DNA of 64,000 nucleotides from the human T2T-CHM13v2.0 reference genome, Homo sapiens. The translations under genes and the position numbers were made by a program. The stretch is from the NCBI RefSeq assembly GCF_009914755.1, contig NC_060946.1; one strand, 5' to 3'. Of this stretch, positions 1 through 17,396 are shown piece by piece. Positions within the stretch are counted from its first letter, which is position 1. Every line of letters begins with the position of its first letter. The notes beneath the pieces were generated by a model. The model was not told the DNA's origin, made no database searches, and saw only the letters and a list, made by a program, of their open reading frames with translations.

Positions 1-1270
<1,270 letters not shown>

Positions 1271-1865
1271 TATATACTTTCTGGAAGACCATCTGATACT
1301 ATGTATCAAGAATCTCAAAAATATTCATATACTATAATGCAATAAGGCCATTTCTAAAAATTTACCCTGAGAAGATAATCCAGACCTGTGCTACAATTTC
1401 CATTACAGAGACATCTGTTGTAATATTGTTTACGGAAGGGGGAAACAGAAAACAGCCTCCATGTCCACAGAGGAATGATTAAATATGTGGTACACCTACA
1501 GGCTGGAGTGTAAAATGGACACAAAAACAAGAAGAAATGCTCATGAGAAAACACAGTGATAGACGCCTTTTCTAAACAGTTTCTGCTTTGTTTGGGGTAA
1601 GTGTTCCACCATTACCATCCCTAAATGCTCTAGTATAGTATAGTCTTAATCACATGTTTATTTGTATGCATCTATTATTACTTTATAAAATCTTTGAAAA
1701 CCAAGTCTGTATCTGTCTCATCACCACTGCTGGCACAGCTCACAAGTATTTGCTGAGTGAGTTATTTAATCAGAAGTTACAAAACCAAACCAAACCTTAT
1801 TTCCTTTTTGATTCTTTCAACTACCTAACTCTACAGCATACGGCACTATTTCCTAAACAAGAGAA

Positions 1866-1910
1866 AGCAAAACAAACAAACAAGCAAACAAAAACAAACA
1901 AACAAACAAA
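1866..1910 (+). repeat. (CAAA)n simple repeat
   Basis: aacaaacaaacaagcaaacaaaaacaaacaaacaaacaaa. Confidence 0.85.
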
Positions 1911-2123
1911 CTCCAAATACTTTAAATGCTATTACAGATTATAAAATTACAACACTGCAGACTTGGCAGAAGGAAAGATTTAGATTTCAGAAAACATACA
2001 CAAGTCATTTGGTAGAAGGCCCAGGGACATGAACAGATACTACACGCATGAGAAAATATCATGAGTAAAACAAGTACAGAAAACTGTACAAAACAGTGCC
2101 ACTTTTGGCATGTTAACATTTGA

Positions 2124-2428
<305 letters not shown>

Positions 2429-3310
2429 CAACATTTGATATTCTTATTTAAAAATGGAAATGCCAAATACTGTTACAGATATGATGAAATAGTACCCCTC
2501 ATAGTTTGTTGTAGATATTATAAATTGGCACTGTTCTTAAGATAATTATAAGTTAAAAAAAGAAAGTTCATGGCCCACTTACACTCTACTGAGAAGTGAA
2601 CAAAAGAAACAATCTCGAGTATGAAAAAGCTTATGCATAAAAACAGCTCAAAATATTATTTGTGATAATAAAAAGTTGAAAAAAAATCCACACCATGAAA
2701 TATTAAATATCTTTTAAAACAGTGGCCAGGAAGCCTATGAGCCACCTGGGAAATGCTTCTGAAATAATTTTAATTAGATAAAAAGCTCCAAAATAGAACA
2801 TGTGCTGCGATTAAGTTTATCTTAAAAAGACAAATTCAGAGGTGACACCGGAAAGAAATATACCAGAACATTAACAAGAGTAGAGTTAATACATGATTTT
2901 ATACCTTATCCCTACTTTCCATAATGTGGTTACACTATTTTTCCAATGATTTTCTTAAAACTGAAAAAGATTTAGAATGCTTGTATCCTGGCCTTTCTTT
3001 AAAGTTCAGTTCAACTTATGAGTCCTTGAAAGCTCAGCTTCCCTATTCAAGCTCTTTCTCTAGTCAGTCTTCATATCATACAATTCACAACTTCATTAAC
3101 TCACTTGTTTGATTTTATAATTGTCTAACACTGTAACATACAGTTCTTATTTTATAGCAGCTTATAACTCTATTGTACACCAGTAGTACACTAATGGCTC
3201 TCTCTGTGTCTGAAAAGTTCTGTGGATGCTGGAGATACAAAAGAAAAATCGACTCTTGATTAATTGAATCAAGGTGCATACTCTGAACAAAAGGGGACCA
3301 CAATTTTTTT

Positions 3311-4133
3311 TAACTTTATTTTTTTATTACACTGTAAGTTTTAGGGTACATGTGCACAACGTGCAGGTTTGTTACATATGTATACATGTGCCATGTTGGT
3401 GTGCTGCACCCATTAACTCGTCATTTAGCATTAGGTATATCTCCTAATGCTATCCCTCCCCTCACCCCATGACAGGCCCCAGTGTGTGATGTTCCCCTTC
3501 CTGTGTCCATGTGTTCTCATTGTTTAATTCCCACCTATGAGTGAGAACATGTGGTGTTTGGTTTTTTGTCCTTGCGATAGTTTGCTGAGAATGATGGTTT
3601 CCAGCTTCATCCACGTCCCTACAAAGGACATGAACTCATCATTTTTCATGGCTGCATGGTATTCCATGGTGTATATGTGCCACATTTTCTTAATCCAGTC
3701 TACCATTGATGGACATTTGGGTTGGTTCCAAGTCTTTGCTATTGTAAATAGTGCTGCAATAAACATACATGTGCATGTGTCTTTATAGCAGCACGATTTA
3801 TAATCCTTTGGGTATATACCCAGTAATGGGATTGCTGGGTCAAATGGATTTTCTAGTTTAGATCCCTGAGGAATCACCACACTGACTTCCACAATGGTTG
3901 AACTAGTTTATAATCCCACCAACAGTGTAAAAGTGTTCCTATTTCTCCACATCCTCTCCAGCACCTGTTGTTTCCTGACTTTTTAATGATCGCCATTCTA
4001 ACTGGTGTGAGATGGTATCTCATTGTGGTTTTGATTTGCATTTCTCTGATGGCCAGTGATAATGAGCATTTTTTCACGTGTCTTTTGGCTGCATAAATGT
4101 CTTCTTTTGAGAAGTGTCTGTTCATATCCTTCG
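3311..4133 (-). mobile_element. 5'-truncated L1PA element (L1PA3-5-like): ORF2 C-terminus plus 3'UTR
   Basis: ORF2 C-terminal peptides ([15 protein letters not shown]..., ...FSLIGGN*), L1 3'UTR and A-tail; TSD ccacaattttttt at 3298 and 4134. Confidence 0.93.
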
Positions 4134-5604
4134 CCACAATTTTTTTAAAGATTTGCAGTTATATATCAAGTTACTGTTTCCTAATATATAAAAGCATAAA
4201 TGTTTTAGTTCTATAAATAGTATTACAGATTTATTTCCTTTCAAAAGCCATACATTATGACACTTTCTTTTGTAAAATGTAGATGAATAAATCAGATAAA
4301 GATAATCTTCCTATAGGACTTTATCTCTTAAGACAATCAATATTTTGTATAAAGTCTGTATAGCTGCATTAATAATCTGAGCTATCAATGAATGTCATCA
4401 CAGGCTCAGGGAGAACATAACGAAAACTTACTAAATTAGTATCTGCTGGTTTGGTCTCTGTGCAAATTGAATACGGCTGACAAGGCATTTAGCTTTGTAT
4501 TATAGTTTGCTAAGCAAAGGGACAATGGAAAGAAAATTTCAAAGGGAAACGTTTAACCAACTTTAACCAAGAGAACAAACTATTTTCAAGTATTGCAATA
4601 GCTCCATTTGCATAAAAATAATTAGGTGCTGATTAAAAATGAATCTTCTTTATTCATTAAATCAAGGGTGCATTGTAAGAATTTAGGATTACTATTGCCA
4701 TATTTCTATATTATAATATAACTACATTTCTTTTAAATATCCCGTAATTCTGAATATTCACTAATTTACACAGACAACCCTCCAGGTCATCCAAAATGGA
4801 AGCTGAATCATAACAGGTGGACTACGTTTTGTAAAACTGATTTGACACTAAGAAAACTTACTGATTGAAATGACTGAACTCTGCTCTTTCAAGATATTCC
4901 TTTTAATTTTTTTGGCAAAGCTAGATATACTTTTTGATGTGGAATAATATATCTCAATGAATTCATTAATAAGGTCATATAGTTCATTTGTATTCTGATT
5001 CTAGGTATAAATTTTCACTTTTTAGATTTTCTTAAGTTATAATTATGCTTATAATTTGTTTTGGCATCTCTTATGACTATCAAACTGATGATTTAAAATA
5101 CTTATTCCCAATGTAAGTGACATGATTTACTCACACTACATTATGAAATAATTTTTTCATTCAAAATTAAACTTCAGTTGTCCTTCTCTTTCTCTCCTTT
5201 TCTAATCCAACAAATCAGATCTATTTTTATATTTGTTTATATTTTTTAATCAACTACACATCCCTTTAAATCTGTTTATTGCTTTAGAATTTGAAGGTTC
5301 AAAAAAGAGAAGGGCCTATTAAGAAACTGTACAGAAGTTAGTACATATTTCTGGACACTTTCAAACATGTATTTCCTTAAGTCAACCTCTGAGTGTGATC
5401 TTTTAATAAAACTCATGAGTCTCCCGGAAATGATAGGTTAGAATAGAAATTATTTTAACTTCTGCTTTCTTATATGGATTAAAAACTTGTGCATAATCGA
5501 ATTCATAGATTCTAATATAACAAAATTATCCTGAAATTTCACTAATAAAGGGGGAAAACTGTGAAGGATTTTAAGCTCTCATGATGTTCATCACTCTTGA
5601 ATAA

Positions 5605-5936
<332 letters not shown>

Positions 5937-7087
5937 CGATTTCTGGTTTTATTTTAAAGTTCTATTTCAAAGGTCTAAATCTCAAAGAAAGTCTATCTTA
6001 AAATTGAATTAGGCAACTCATAAAAACTTCCATGACATTCATATCACATCTTCAGAGCTGTGGCCCACAGCTGGTTAGGCAGGGGGAAGGGAAATGAAAG
6101 CAGACAGACAGCTTTGGTGAAAGAAAGAGGTTTAGGGCCCCACTGGATCATCTCTTATATGGGACTACAAGAACTCCCTGGGTCTAGGTCACTTAGCGTG
6201 TTAGGGTCTACTGTGAAAAGACTTTGAGAACATCTCTCTAATTTTGAACTATGACAACTAAGTTTCCAAAAGGGAGAACCTAAACCTTAGACCCCAAATG
6301 GCTTTACAAAATCATTTGAGCTGTGAATAATCTCATAGCATAATGGTGAATCCCTAGGTTTAGTCTAACTTCGATCAAGATTCTGTATTTGGGCCAAAAT
6401 TCAAACTGTTTATGAGTGGTGTTTATTCACTTTGTTTTTCTATTCATTGTTTGTTATAATATGCACATTTCTTACCCTCATAAAGATGTAAGCAAGGACA
6501 AAATTCAAAAGCAAGAAAAGAATTCTTCAAAGTTAATAGAATATATCCCTGTCTTTACTGAGTTCCAGAAAATGCTTCAGGATTCACCCCAAGTCAAGCT
6601 GCTGATTTTTTTGTTTTGTTTTGGTTAGAAAATTTCAATCTTAAATAAAAATGGATCTTTAAGTTTTGGGAAAATATTCTGAAGTTTCTCTAAATCAAAC
6701 AAATATTTGAACTGTGACGTGTGTAAGATTTTAAAAAATACTATATTCAAAGAAGAATGGACCAAAGCATAATTTAAAATGAATTCAAGGAACGCAACAA
6801 AAAATAAAAGTCCTCGAGACCTAAAATTCCTCCATAATCAATCAGAATTTTCTACATTGTAGTTAAATGACATTTTAGCAACTTCAGAAAAGAGAAAGAC
6901 AGTAAGCAATACTATGAAATGGATAAAAAAAGAAGAAAACAAGATTACAGATCAAGTCAGATACAGTTCTTACAGAGAAGAAAATATTTATAATTTATCC
7001 CTCAAGATTTAGAAAACATTTTTCATTTCTAGAAGTTAAATACTAATAGAGAAAATATCAACATATCATTTAAAACTTGCTGCTATA

Positions 7088-7409
<322 letters not shown>

Positions 7410-7471
7410 CTATAAAATTAAATTGTTAAAAAGTTTATGCCCTGTGCTTAGCAGTAGGTAGGTTGACATCA

Positions 7472-8445
<974 letters not shown>

Positions 8446-8829
8446 TGAGAATGTCAAGGGTGCCTGCCCACCTCTGGGAATTCCCGTCCCTCTGTTCAGA
8501 ATGCTGCCCTCACTTGGACCCACACATAGAGCTCCTTCCTGTCACCCAGCTCTCAACTTAGTCGACACTGCTCAATGTCAACTAATGCAAAAAGCCCCCT
8601 CACCCTCTCCTGTGGCCTTGTGTCCTCTGCACTGCTAAGCACGAGCTGGACTCTCCTCCCTCCCTCTCTTCCCTATGCTGCTGTGTATAGGTTCCTGTTT
8701 GTCTCTCCACTGAGGGCAGGGACTCTGAAGGACCAGTTCATGGCATCCCATGTCTAGAAAACTGCTCAACACATTACAGGAATTCAAGAAAGAAGTTTGT
8801 CAAATGAAGGAACTTTCTAACATTCTGAA

Positions 8830-8920
8830 CCAACTAACGACGGGCATGGACCACTTGGTGGTAGTGAGCTCCCTGCCATTGGTGGTATTTAAGCAGTAGT
8901 TGGATGACACTCGGAGGGTG
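8830..8920 (+). mobile_element. L3/CR1 3'-end fragment
   Basis: ggtagtgagctccctgccattggtggtatttaagcagtagttggatgac resembles the L3 3' consensus. Confidence 0.55.
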
Positions 8921-9613
8921 CATTAGAGAGACAAACTCAGGAGGTAGGGTTCAAGCTTAGGGCAAACACAGATCCTTCCCAGGGTCTCTGACCATTCAGG
9001 GTCCCCTTCTCTGCTACCATCTTGCCCTGAGACCCTGGGGGACGCCTTTCTTCTGAGCCCCAGTCTCTCAACAGTTCTAGAAAACAAAAGGTGGCAGCAT
9101 CTATTTGGCTGAGCCACCCAGAAGGAAAAGGCTGTGGAAGGAAAGACCAATATTTATTCATTATCATATTCCGAAATTAGACTGGGGAGCCACAAATAGA
9201 CATTTCTAACAAGAGCCCGTCTGTCCCTGCCTCTCAGGCTCATCCTGCACACTCCTCATTCATGTCACGTCTTGCTGCCTCCCGCACTGGGGGTTTGGCT
9301 TGAATATTTGCCAGCCACTCGGTTATTTTCTGGGGTGATTCATGGGAAGGTGGGACGTCCAGCTGCGGTTGGAATGTTCTTTTAAAACAGCATGTGCTGC
9401 TCCCAACGGGGCCGCATCTGAGCAAGGCACAGGGCTGCTCTCCTCTGGGGTCGGGCGTGCAGGGGTGGGGAGGAGCCAAAGCATGTGCCACTGACTGGAA
9501 GGGGCCCCATCAAAGCCCGGGCTTCACCAGGGAGCAGTCTGTCTGTTTTGTGCACTGCCACAGGTGCTCCACTCCTAGCACCAGCATTCATGCACCCATT
9601 GTTTCTCCATCTT

Positions 9614-9881
9614 TATTTTATTTTATTTTATTATTTTTTGAGATGGGGTCTCACTTTGTTGCCCAGGCTGGAGTGCAGTGGTCCAATCACAGCTCACTGC
9701 TGCCTGGAATTCCTGGGACTACAGGCATGTAACACCACACCAGGCTAATTTTTACAATTTTTGTAGAAACAGGGGTCTCATTATGTTGCCCAGACTTGTC
9801 TTAAACTCCTGGTCTCAAGCAATCCTTCCCGCCTCAGCCTCCCGAAGTTCTAGTATTACAGGTGAGAGCCACTGTACCCTG
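9614..9881 (-). mobile_element. AluJ SINE
   Basis: J-type ctcaagcaatccttcc motif; TSD attgtt(t/c)ctccatctt. Confidence 0.85.
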
Positions 9882-9912
9882 ATTGTTCCTCCATCTTCAA
9901 AAGCAGTCTTGA

Positions 9913-10275
<363 letters not shown>

Positions 10276-10359
10276 TGAAGGAGCGAAACTCCTCTCCGTC
10301 TTTCTTGAACACCCCCCTCCAGCACACTCTTGACCTCATGGATTCCCTGAGGCTTAATG

Positions 10360-11480
10360 AAGTCAGCAGTGACCCCCAACCCAAAACCCAGGGTCGGCTG
10401 GCAGACATCGGCTGTCTGAGCCACCCGCTGAGTCTGACTCTGCTGGCTGGTCTCTCGCTCCTTGCTGGCCTCTCCTCACCTGGCTGCCAGGACTCTGCTG
10501 CTCTCAGCCTCGCTCCCACCTCTCTGGTAGTTCCTCCTCACTCCCTTGCTGGCTCTTTTTTGTGAACTTGACCTTGAACGTGTTGGCGCGTTCTGGAGCT
10601 CAGTCCTTACTGTACCTTGTTTTATTACCCTCTCATTCCCTTACTGATCTCATCCTGCCTTGGGCTTTTAAATGCCCTCCAGATTCCAATGACTCCCATG
10701 TACGCCTCCAGCCTGGACCTCTGTCCTGACTCCTGACCTCCAACCAGGTTTTCAACGTGGATGTCAAAGATACCTCTGCTCACATCCAACACGTCCAACA
10801 CTGAACTCCTCATCTCCTCCCACCTCCCTGTCTGGGTTGGTGGCTGCCCTGTCTTCCCCATGGCTTGGGCCAGGAGCCTGTGTTTGTTCATGGTTCCTTT
10901 TTCTCCTGCACCCTACATCCAATCTGTCAGGAAATTGTCGTTCCATTGCCCCAGCGCATCCGGGATCTGATGGCTTCTCTCCACCCGGCCCCGTTTCCAT
11001 CCTAGTGCAAGCCACCTTCATCCTCGCCTCTGCAGTCTGCTCTCAGCACTGCAGTCAGAAGAAGCCTTTACAACGGTAAGCCAGATTATGCTGCTCCTCT
11101 GCTCAAACCTTGCCGAGCCTCCTCCTTTTCACCTGAAATGCAAGCCAGCGTCCCTCCTGGATTCTGCAAAGCCCCAGATAATTTGACTGGCTCCCTGCAC
11201 CTTCTCTAACATCCCCTCCTATTGCTCCTTCTGCATTCTGCAACCCCTTCACTTTCTCCTGTTCACTGGGCTCTCAGCCACACTGCCCTCTTTCCCATTC
11301 CTCCAACCTGCCAGGCACACACCTGCCCCAGGACCTTTGCACTTGCAGTTCCTTCTGCTCAGATGCTCTTGTCTCAGATATTCGCTGGGCTCACACCCTC
11401 ACCTCCTTTACCTCTGTGCTTACCTTCTCCATGCAACCCCTCTCAACCAACTTATTTAATAATTCAAACTCCTCACCTGT
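10360..11480 (+). mobile_element. L2 LINE remnant
   Basis: L2 motifs such as acgtccaacactgaactcctcatc (degenerate MSKTELL) and cccaggacctttgcacttgcagttccttctgc. Confidence 0.75.
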
Positions 11481-11488
11481 CCCTGCTC

Positions 11489-11965
11489 CACAATGCAACA
11501 GCTACAGACGTGACACACTTTAAAGTTGAATTTGCACCATTAACATTTTCTCCATCACTTGCTTAAGTCTAGACAATCAACAAAACAATCAATCAGGCCC
11601 TGATGTGCATTGTTTGCCAATTCCCATGGTATATATAGTTCCACCAAGGCCAATTTTAAACTACCTATTTGACACCCCTGAACACAGTCTTGGAGAGAGA
11701 TGCACAGAAGTTCACCATTACATAGTATTTTGTAATAAATGTAAGTCACTCTAGGAGCATCAATAATAGTAAAATGAGGTAAGATAATTAGGACTTGATT
11801 ACTCTGAGTATGCATTACCTTTGTTTTTAATAACATGTACTTAATTGGAAGTTTGTGTAATTTAATTTTTTTTATTGGCTGCATTTAACAGCTAACTCAC
11901 AAAATTCCTAAAAATTAACAGTAGACTTTCACCAGCCAGTATATGCTGGCTCCAGCACACCCCTG
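11489..11965 (-). mobile_element. MER63C/D-like hAT-Blackjack DNA transposon
   Basis: Terminus gctggctccagcacacccctg; internal cttaagtctagacaatcaacaaaacaat and tttgccaattcccatggt. Confidence 0.75.
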
Positions 11966-12399
11966 AGAATGGTTGATTAATATGGAATGGCCATGCTGTG
12001 TAATTTTATGCAACTATTTAAAAGAATGAATTGGAGCTCTATAGGGGATTTGGAGGAATTTTTACAAAGAATTGTCAAATAAGAAAGCAAAATATAGAAC
12101 CACAGAATCATTTTTATAACACAATGATCCCCCCCTCAATAAAACCCTCTCTATATGTGTCTGTACACATTAATAAATAATTGCATAAGTATCCAGAATC
12201 AACTTGATTTGGGGGCATAGGATGTGATGTGTGGGAGGGAGAAAAGGAAGCCAAGCAAAATAGGAAAACAGAACCAAAAAGACTGCCAGGAAAGCAAACT
12301 ATACAGATGGTAACACGTTTTGGCATTTAAGCATAATATGTGTATGTATTTGTTCATATCATTAAAATAAATTTTTAAACCAAGTCCTCATTTGGACAG

Positions 12400-12905
12400 T
12401 TGTTCAGGTTATCTATTGCCATATAACAAACCACCCTAAAACTTAGTAGTTCGAATTGCCAATAACCATTCATTATGACAAGCCTGTGGGTTGCACATGT
12501 GGTGTATCTGCTTCACATGGTGTTGGGATACTGGGATGGCTGCAGGGTTCAACATTACCTCCCTCACATGGCTGGGGGTTGATGCTGGCTGCAAGCTGGG
12601 AGCTCAGCTGGGCCTATCAGGAGGGGACCTGAACTCTCCTTTATGTTGACCTCTCCACGTGGCTACTTGGCCTTCCTCACAGTATGGTGACTGAGTGCTA
12701 AGAAGAAGCACTCCAAGAGGCAAAGGCTGGAGCTGCGTCATTTCCACCATATTCTATTGATCACAATGATGACAGGGTCAGCTCAGATTCACGGGGAGGA
12801 GATACAACATTCACCTTTCGATGAAAGTGGCAAGATAATATCACAACAGTGCATGTGGTAAGGGAAATATTGTGGTAATTGTCTTTGGAAACACAAAAGA
12901 CCACA
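12400..12905 (-). mobile_element. MLT1K/L-like MaLR LTR
   Basis: gttatctattgccatataacaaaccaccctaaaacttagt terminus; gctgggagctcagctggg. Confidence 0.7.
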
Positions 12906-13798
12906 ATGATCCAAGCCCTTGATCATGTGGCCATGAAATCTTCACTTCTGTGGGGTGAGGATCCAGCAAAATCCTCAGTGACAACCCCCAGGAGAGTTTT
13001 CTTCCAGGTTGACTAAGTTGTCTGTGGGTAACATTTTGTTATATTTGTGTATTGGTTGCAACTATCAATTGGCTGCAGATACAAGACTTTGGCAAAAATC
13101 AAAAAAACATTTTGTGAGAATCAGTTGAATATATACATTTTATAAAACAGTATCATATATTTTATGATTATTTGTAAACTTTGTGCCACAAATCTTTTAG
13201 TGTTAATAAACTTTATAATAAAAGTAGATGTGTGTGTATATATGATATATATATGCGTATATACGATATATGTGTGTATATGCATTTTTCCCCTGTAGCA
13301 CACCTCTAAGTCTTCCTCTATTGATAAGCATCATTTTGTTTCTATTCTACCATGGAATTCCATTTTACTCATGCTGGGTTCAAAGTGTATGTGCATTTTT
13401 AATTTTAATAGATATTTTCAGATTGCTTTCAACAGAAGGTATAGTTCTCATTTCTAGCAGCAGTGCATAAGAGTACCCTTTTCTCACACAGCTGCCAACA
13501 ATAGATTTATAGATTTATTTTTTGCTGTCAATTTGTGCATGTTCTCTGTATCTTAAATTTCAGCCTTACAAGTGGCTATGCATTCCAAATCTCAATTATA
13601 TATTGACTTTACATCATCTTTTGTCATACAAAAATTAATTTTTGCATTACCAAATGTTTATCATTTCTTCTATAGTTTCCGGGTATCTGGTCTTGGTTAG
13701 GAACCTGTCCCTTTGTTGAGAGTGTTGATATAACCCTTCAGAATTTCTTGCTGAATTTTTATTGTTCTATTTAAGCCTTTAATATAAATCTTATTTTC

Positions 13799-14135
13799 TT
13801 TTTTTATTTTTATTTTATTTTATTTTATTTTTTATTTTTATTTTTATTTTTTTTGAGATGGAGTCTCACTCTGTCGCCCAGGCTGGAGTGCAGCGGCGCG
13901 ATCTTGGCTCACTGCAAGCTCCGCCTCCCGGGTTCATGCCATTCTCCTGCCTCAGCCTCCTGAGTAGCTGGGACTACAGGCGCCCGCTACCACGCCCGGC
14001 TTATTTTTTGTATTTTTAGTAGAGATGGGGTTTCACCGTGTTAGCCAGGATGGTTTCGATATCCTGACCTCATGATCTGCCTGCCTCGGCCTCCCAAAGT
14101 GCTGTGATTACAGGCGTGAGCCACCGCTCCCAGGC
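13799..14135 (-). mobile_element. AluY SINE with (TTTTA)n tail, inside an old L1M
   Basis: Full dimer; TSD cttattttc. Confidence 0.93.
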
Positions 14136-15512
14136 CTTATTTTCATATATGGCTAAAACAGGAGTCCAATTTTATTTTTTTTACTGGCTAGGTAGCCTGT
14201 TATGCCAGTTAAATATTTGTGGTTTAGTGAAAACCAAAATAATTATGTATTAAATAATAATTCCCCACTGTATTGAAATGCTACTTTTGTTGTATTAAAT
14301 TATTACATATACTCACATATATTTTATATTCTAATCTGTCACTCTTATGCCAATGACATATTGATTTGGTCATAGTGTTTTTGTAGTATGTTTTAATTTG
14401 TGGGGTTTTAGGAAGGCAGTGTACAACGCTATTTCTGGAATGAGGTCATGAGGAGTGCCTCCTTTATTCTGTTTCCCTTTCCATGACATTCACTGCAGGG
14501 AGGCTCTGTGTTGAAATTGTGGAGACACAAGATGAAAGTAGTTGGATCCCTGCATCACTTTATGGAGGAAAGTTTCTTGCCTGGAGCTTTGCCTGATTGC
14601 ATCATCTTTGTATGAGCGATAAACAACCCTTTGTTTTTTACCTCAGCATAGCCTATCCTGTCCCGACTAATCATTGGTGCTGCTGTATCAAAAAGCCAAA
14701 ATATACAGCATTAGCTTAGTGGCTGGTGATGTGTGCCAAGGACACTGATACTGGAGGCTGGGGCATGGCAGTGTGTACTATTAATGGTAACACACTTGTT
14801 AAATGGCATACTTGCATTAAGAAGGCTAAGAAAGAAGGCTATTGTAAGCATATCTTGGCTGTTGTCTTCATTCAACAAAGCCTTACAAGAAATAAGTGGC
14901 TAGTTTGTGAGCAGCAATAAAGGAAATAGAGAAATTCCAGAAAGTTAGGGCTTAGCAAAATTAAAAAGCTGTCTGCTTCCAGATGCCAACTAACTTGATA
15001 CAGGATTGACAACACCATTGAGCAACAAAGGCCCAAATTACCTCAGGGCAAAAGGCAGATTAAAAAGATCCAGATAGACTCAAGGTAAGTGCCATGATAT
15101 TGTGTGTGAGAGAGACGGGGGAGCAAAGAAGGTAAATAAGTTGAGATCTACATCTGAAAAATAACTTTTGGGGGAGTTACGGTACGGGGAACTCTTTGGA
15201 AACAAATTAAAAGCAGACTAAGTTTTTAAGGACATTGTATTACAAAAGAAACCCACAGTTTGAACTAAAAAAGGCTCGGACTATTCATGACTTAAAACAA
15301 GCTATGGCTCCCTAATTTTCCATGGGCCAACAGCAGCTGAGTTTCACAGTCCAAACACAGCATATTCTTCCACGTCCATTTCAGATGTGGCCAAGGAGAG
15401 TGATGGAATGACAAAAGGGCCAGGGAGAACAAGGAACAAGGGACTTCTTCCTAGAGAAGCTTAATGAAGAAACCTTCTCTAACGAGGGTATGAGCTTTCA
15501 CAATGTCTACTC

Positions 15513-16255
15513 AGAAGGATTTCAGAATTGTTACCCCTACCTGTCTTCATTCTCTCCGTTTAAAAGTGTTTATTGCAGTTGTCCTAACCCTACTTCATCA
15601 TTGAATATCGGGTCTATATAGGAGGCAAGTAATATGTCTCTTCTAGTTTATAACTCTCCAGACCAAGAAGAAGCAGGTGTAGACCTGATGGAGGGCACTA
15701 GGCAGTTCACTTGAAGACCCTCAATTTCTTTTTGTTTCTTTCTTTTTTCTTTTTCTTTTTTTTTCTTTAGAGATGGGGTTTCATAATATTGGTCAGACTG
15801 GTCTCAAACTCCTGACATCAGGTGATCCACCTGCCTCAGTCTCCCAAAGTTGTTGGGATTACAGACATAAGCCACTGTGCAGAGCCTAAGAATATTTCAA
15901 AATTGTTACCCCTATCTGTCTTCATTCTCTCCATTTAAAAGTGAAAGTATTTATTGCAGTTGTCCTAACCCTACTCCATCATTAAATATTGGGTCTGTAT
16001 AGGAGGAAAGGAATATGTCTCTTCTAGTTTAGAAATCTCCAGACCAAGAAGAAGCAGGTATAGACCTGATGGAGAGCACTAGGCAGTTCACTTGAAGACC
16101 CTCAATTTCTTTCTTTCTTTTTTTTTTTTTTTAGAGATGAGGTTTCACCATATTGGTCAGGCTGGTCTCAAATTCCTGACCTCAGGTGATCCACCTGCCT
16201 TGGTCTCCCAAAGTGTTGGGATTACAGACATGAGCCACGGTGCCTAGCTTAAGAA
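15513..16255 (+). repeat. Tandem duplication, 2 x ~370 bp, each copy containing a minus-strand Alu left monomer
   Basis: 15513-15888 is repeated at 15889-16251 (aattgttacccctaYctgtcttcattctctcc...gaagaccctcaatttc[Alu monomer]). Confidence 0.92.
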
Positions 16256-16639
16256 GACCCTCAATTTCAAGCTGGATTTGCTGACAATTTCAAGTGAGGT
16301 TTTCTCTCTTGAGAAAGTGAGAGTATGTTCTACATATGGGAAAAACAATGACCAGAGGGGCGCACAGGAAGATTACACTTCCTACTACCTGGTAGTTAGG
16401 TGGGGCCATGTGACTAGTTCTAGCAAATGAAATGTGAGTGGAAATGCCATGTACCACTTCTGGGCCAAAGTTTAAAAGTTGATGTGTTTCCCTAACACTC
16501 TGTCTTTCATCATGGTGACCTTGGAGGCCACCAGTGAGGTGATGGTGGACAGGATGAAGGATGCCTAGAACTAAAGGAGTTTTCACCAACCCACATTAGA
16601 TTTTGCATGAATGAGATAACATATTGCTTTCTCTGTCTC

Positions 16640-16922
<283 letters not shown>

Positions 16923-17396
16923 TATTTCTTAATGTTTAGCTACTGGGAATAATTTATGTTAGATTATTTTAGGTTTTCTACCTATATGATCATATCATCT
17001 GTGAAAGGTGATGTTTGAAAATTTCTTCCTTTTTGATCCTTATACCTTTTTTTTCTTGTTTGTGTCTTGCTGTACTGCCTGGGACTTCATAGTCAATGCT
17101 GGGTAGCAGTGATGACAGCTGGGACCATGGGCTTGCTTCTTACAGGAAAGGAAAGCTTTCCGTATTTCAAGTATTGAGACAAGTAAGATTTTTCTGTAAT
17201 TTTTTGTGGCTATCTAGTGTCTCTTAAAAGAAAGTTCCCTTGGACTCCTAGCTTGCCTAGCTGTTTTTATCTTGAATGGCTGTTGAACTTTACATTTTTT
17301 TGTATCTCTTGAAATGATCATATATTTTTCTATTAAAGAAAAAATGTTAATTCTCCTAATTATATTTATTGTTTTCTGATGTCAAAGCAACCTGAT

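Noticed and set aside
2905-2960. Extra minus-strand exon (tctttttcag|FLRKSLENSVTTLWKVGI)
   Set aside because: The acceptor is good, but the segment overlaps what appears to be an L1ME 3' tail and the donor is ambiguous; left out of the model.
4500-4620. SOX (acaatgg) plus octamer (atttgcat) enhancer
   Set aside because: The motifs are ~85 bp apart rather than composite, are expected by chance in AT-rich DNA, and the first falls in a proposed polypyrimidine tract.
4693-4760. Possible additional exon inside the 352-bp intron
   Set aside because: Weak acceptor, 68 nt (not 3n) and an unclear frame.
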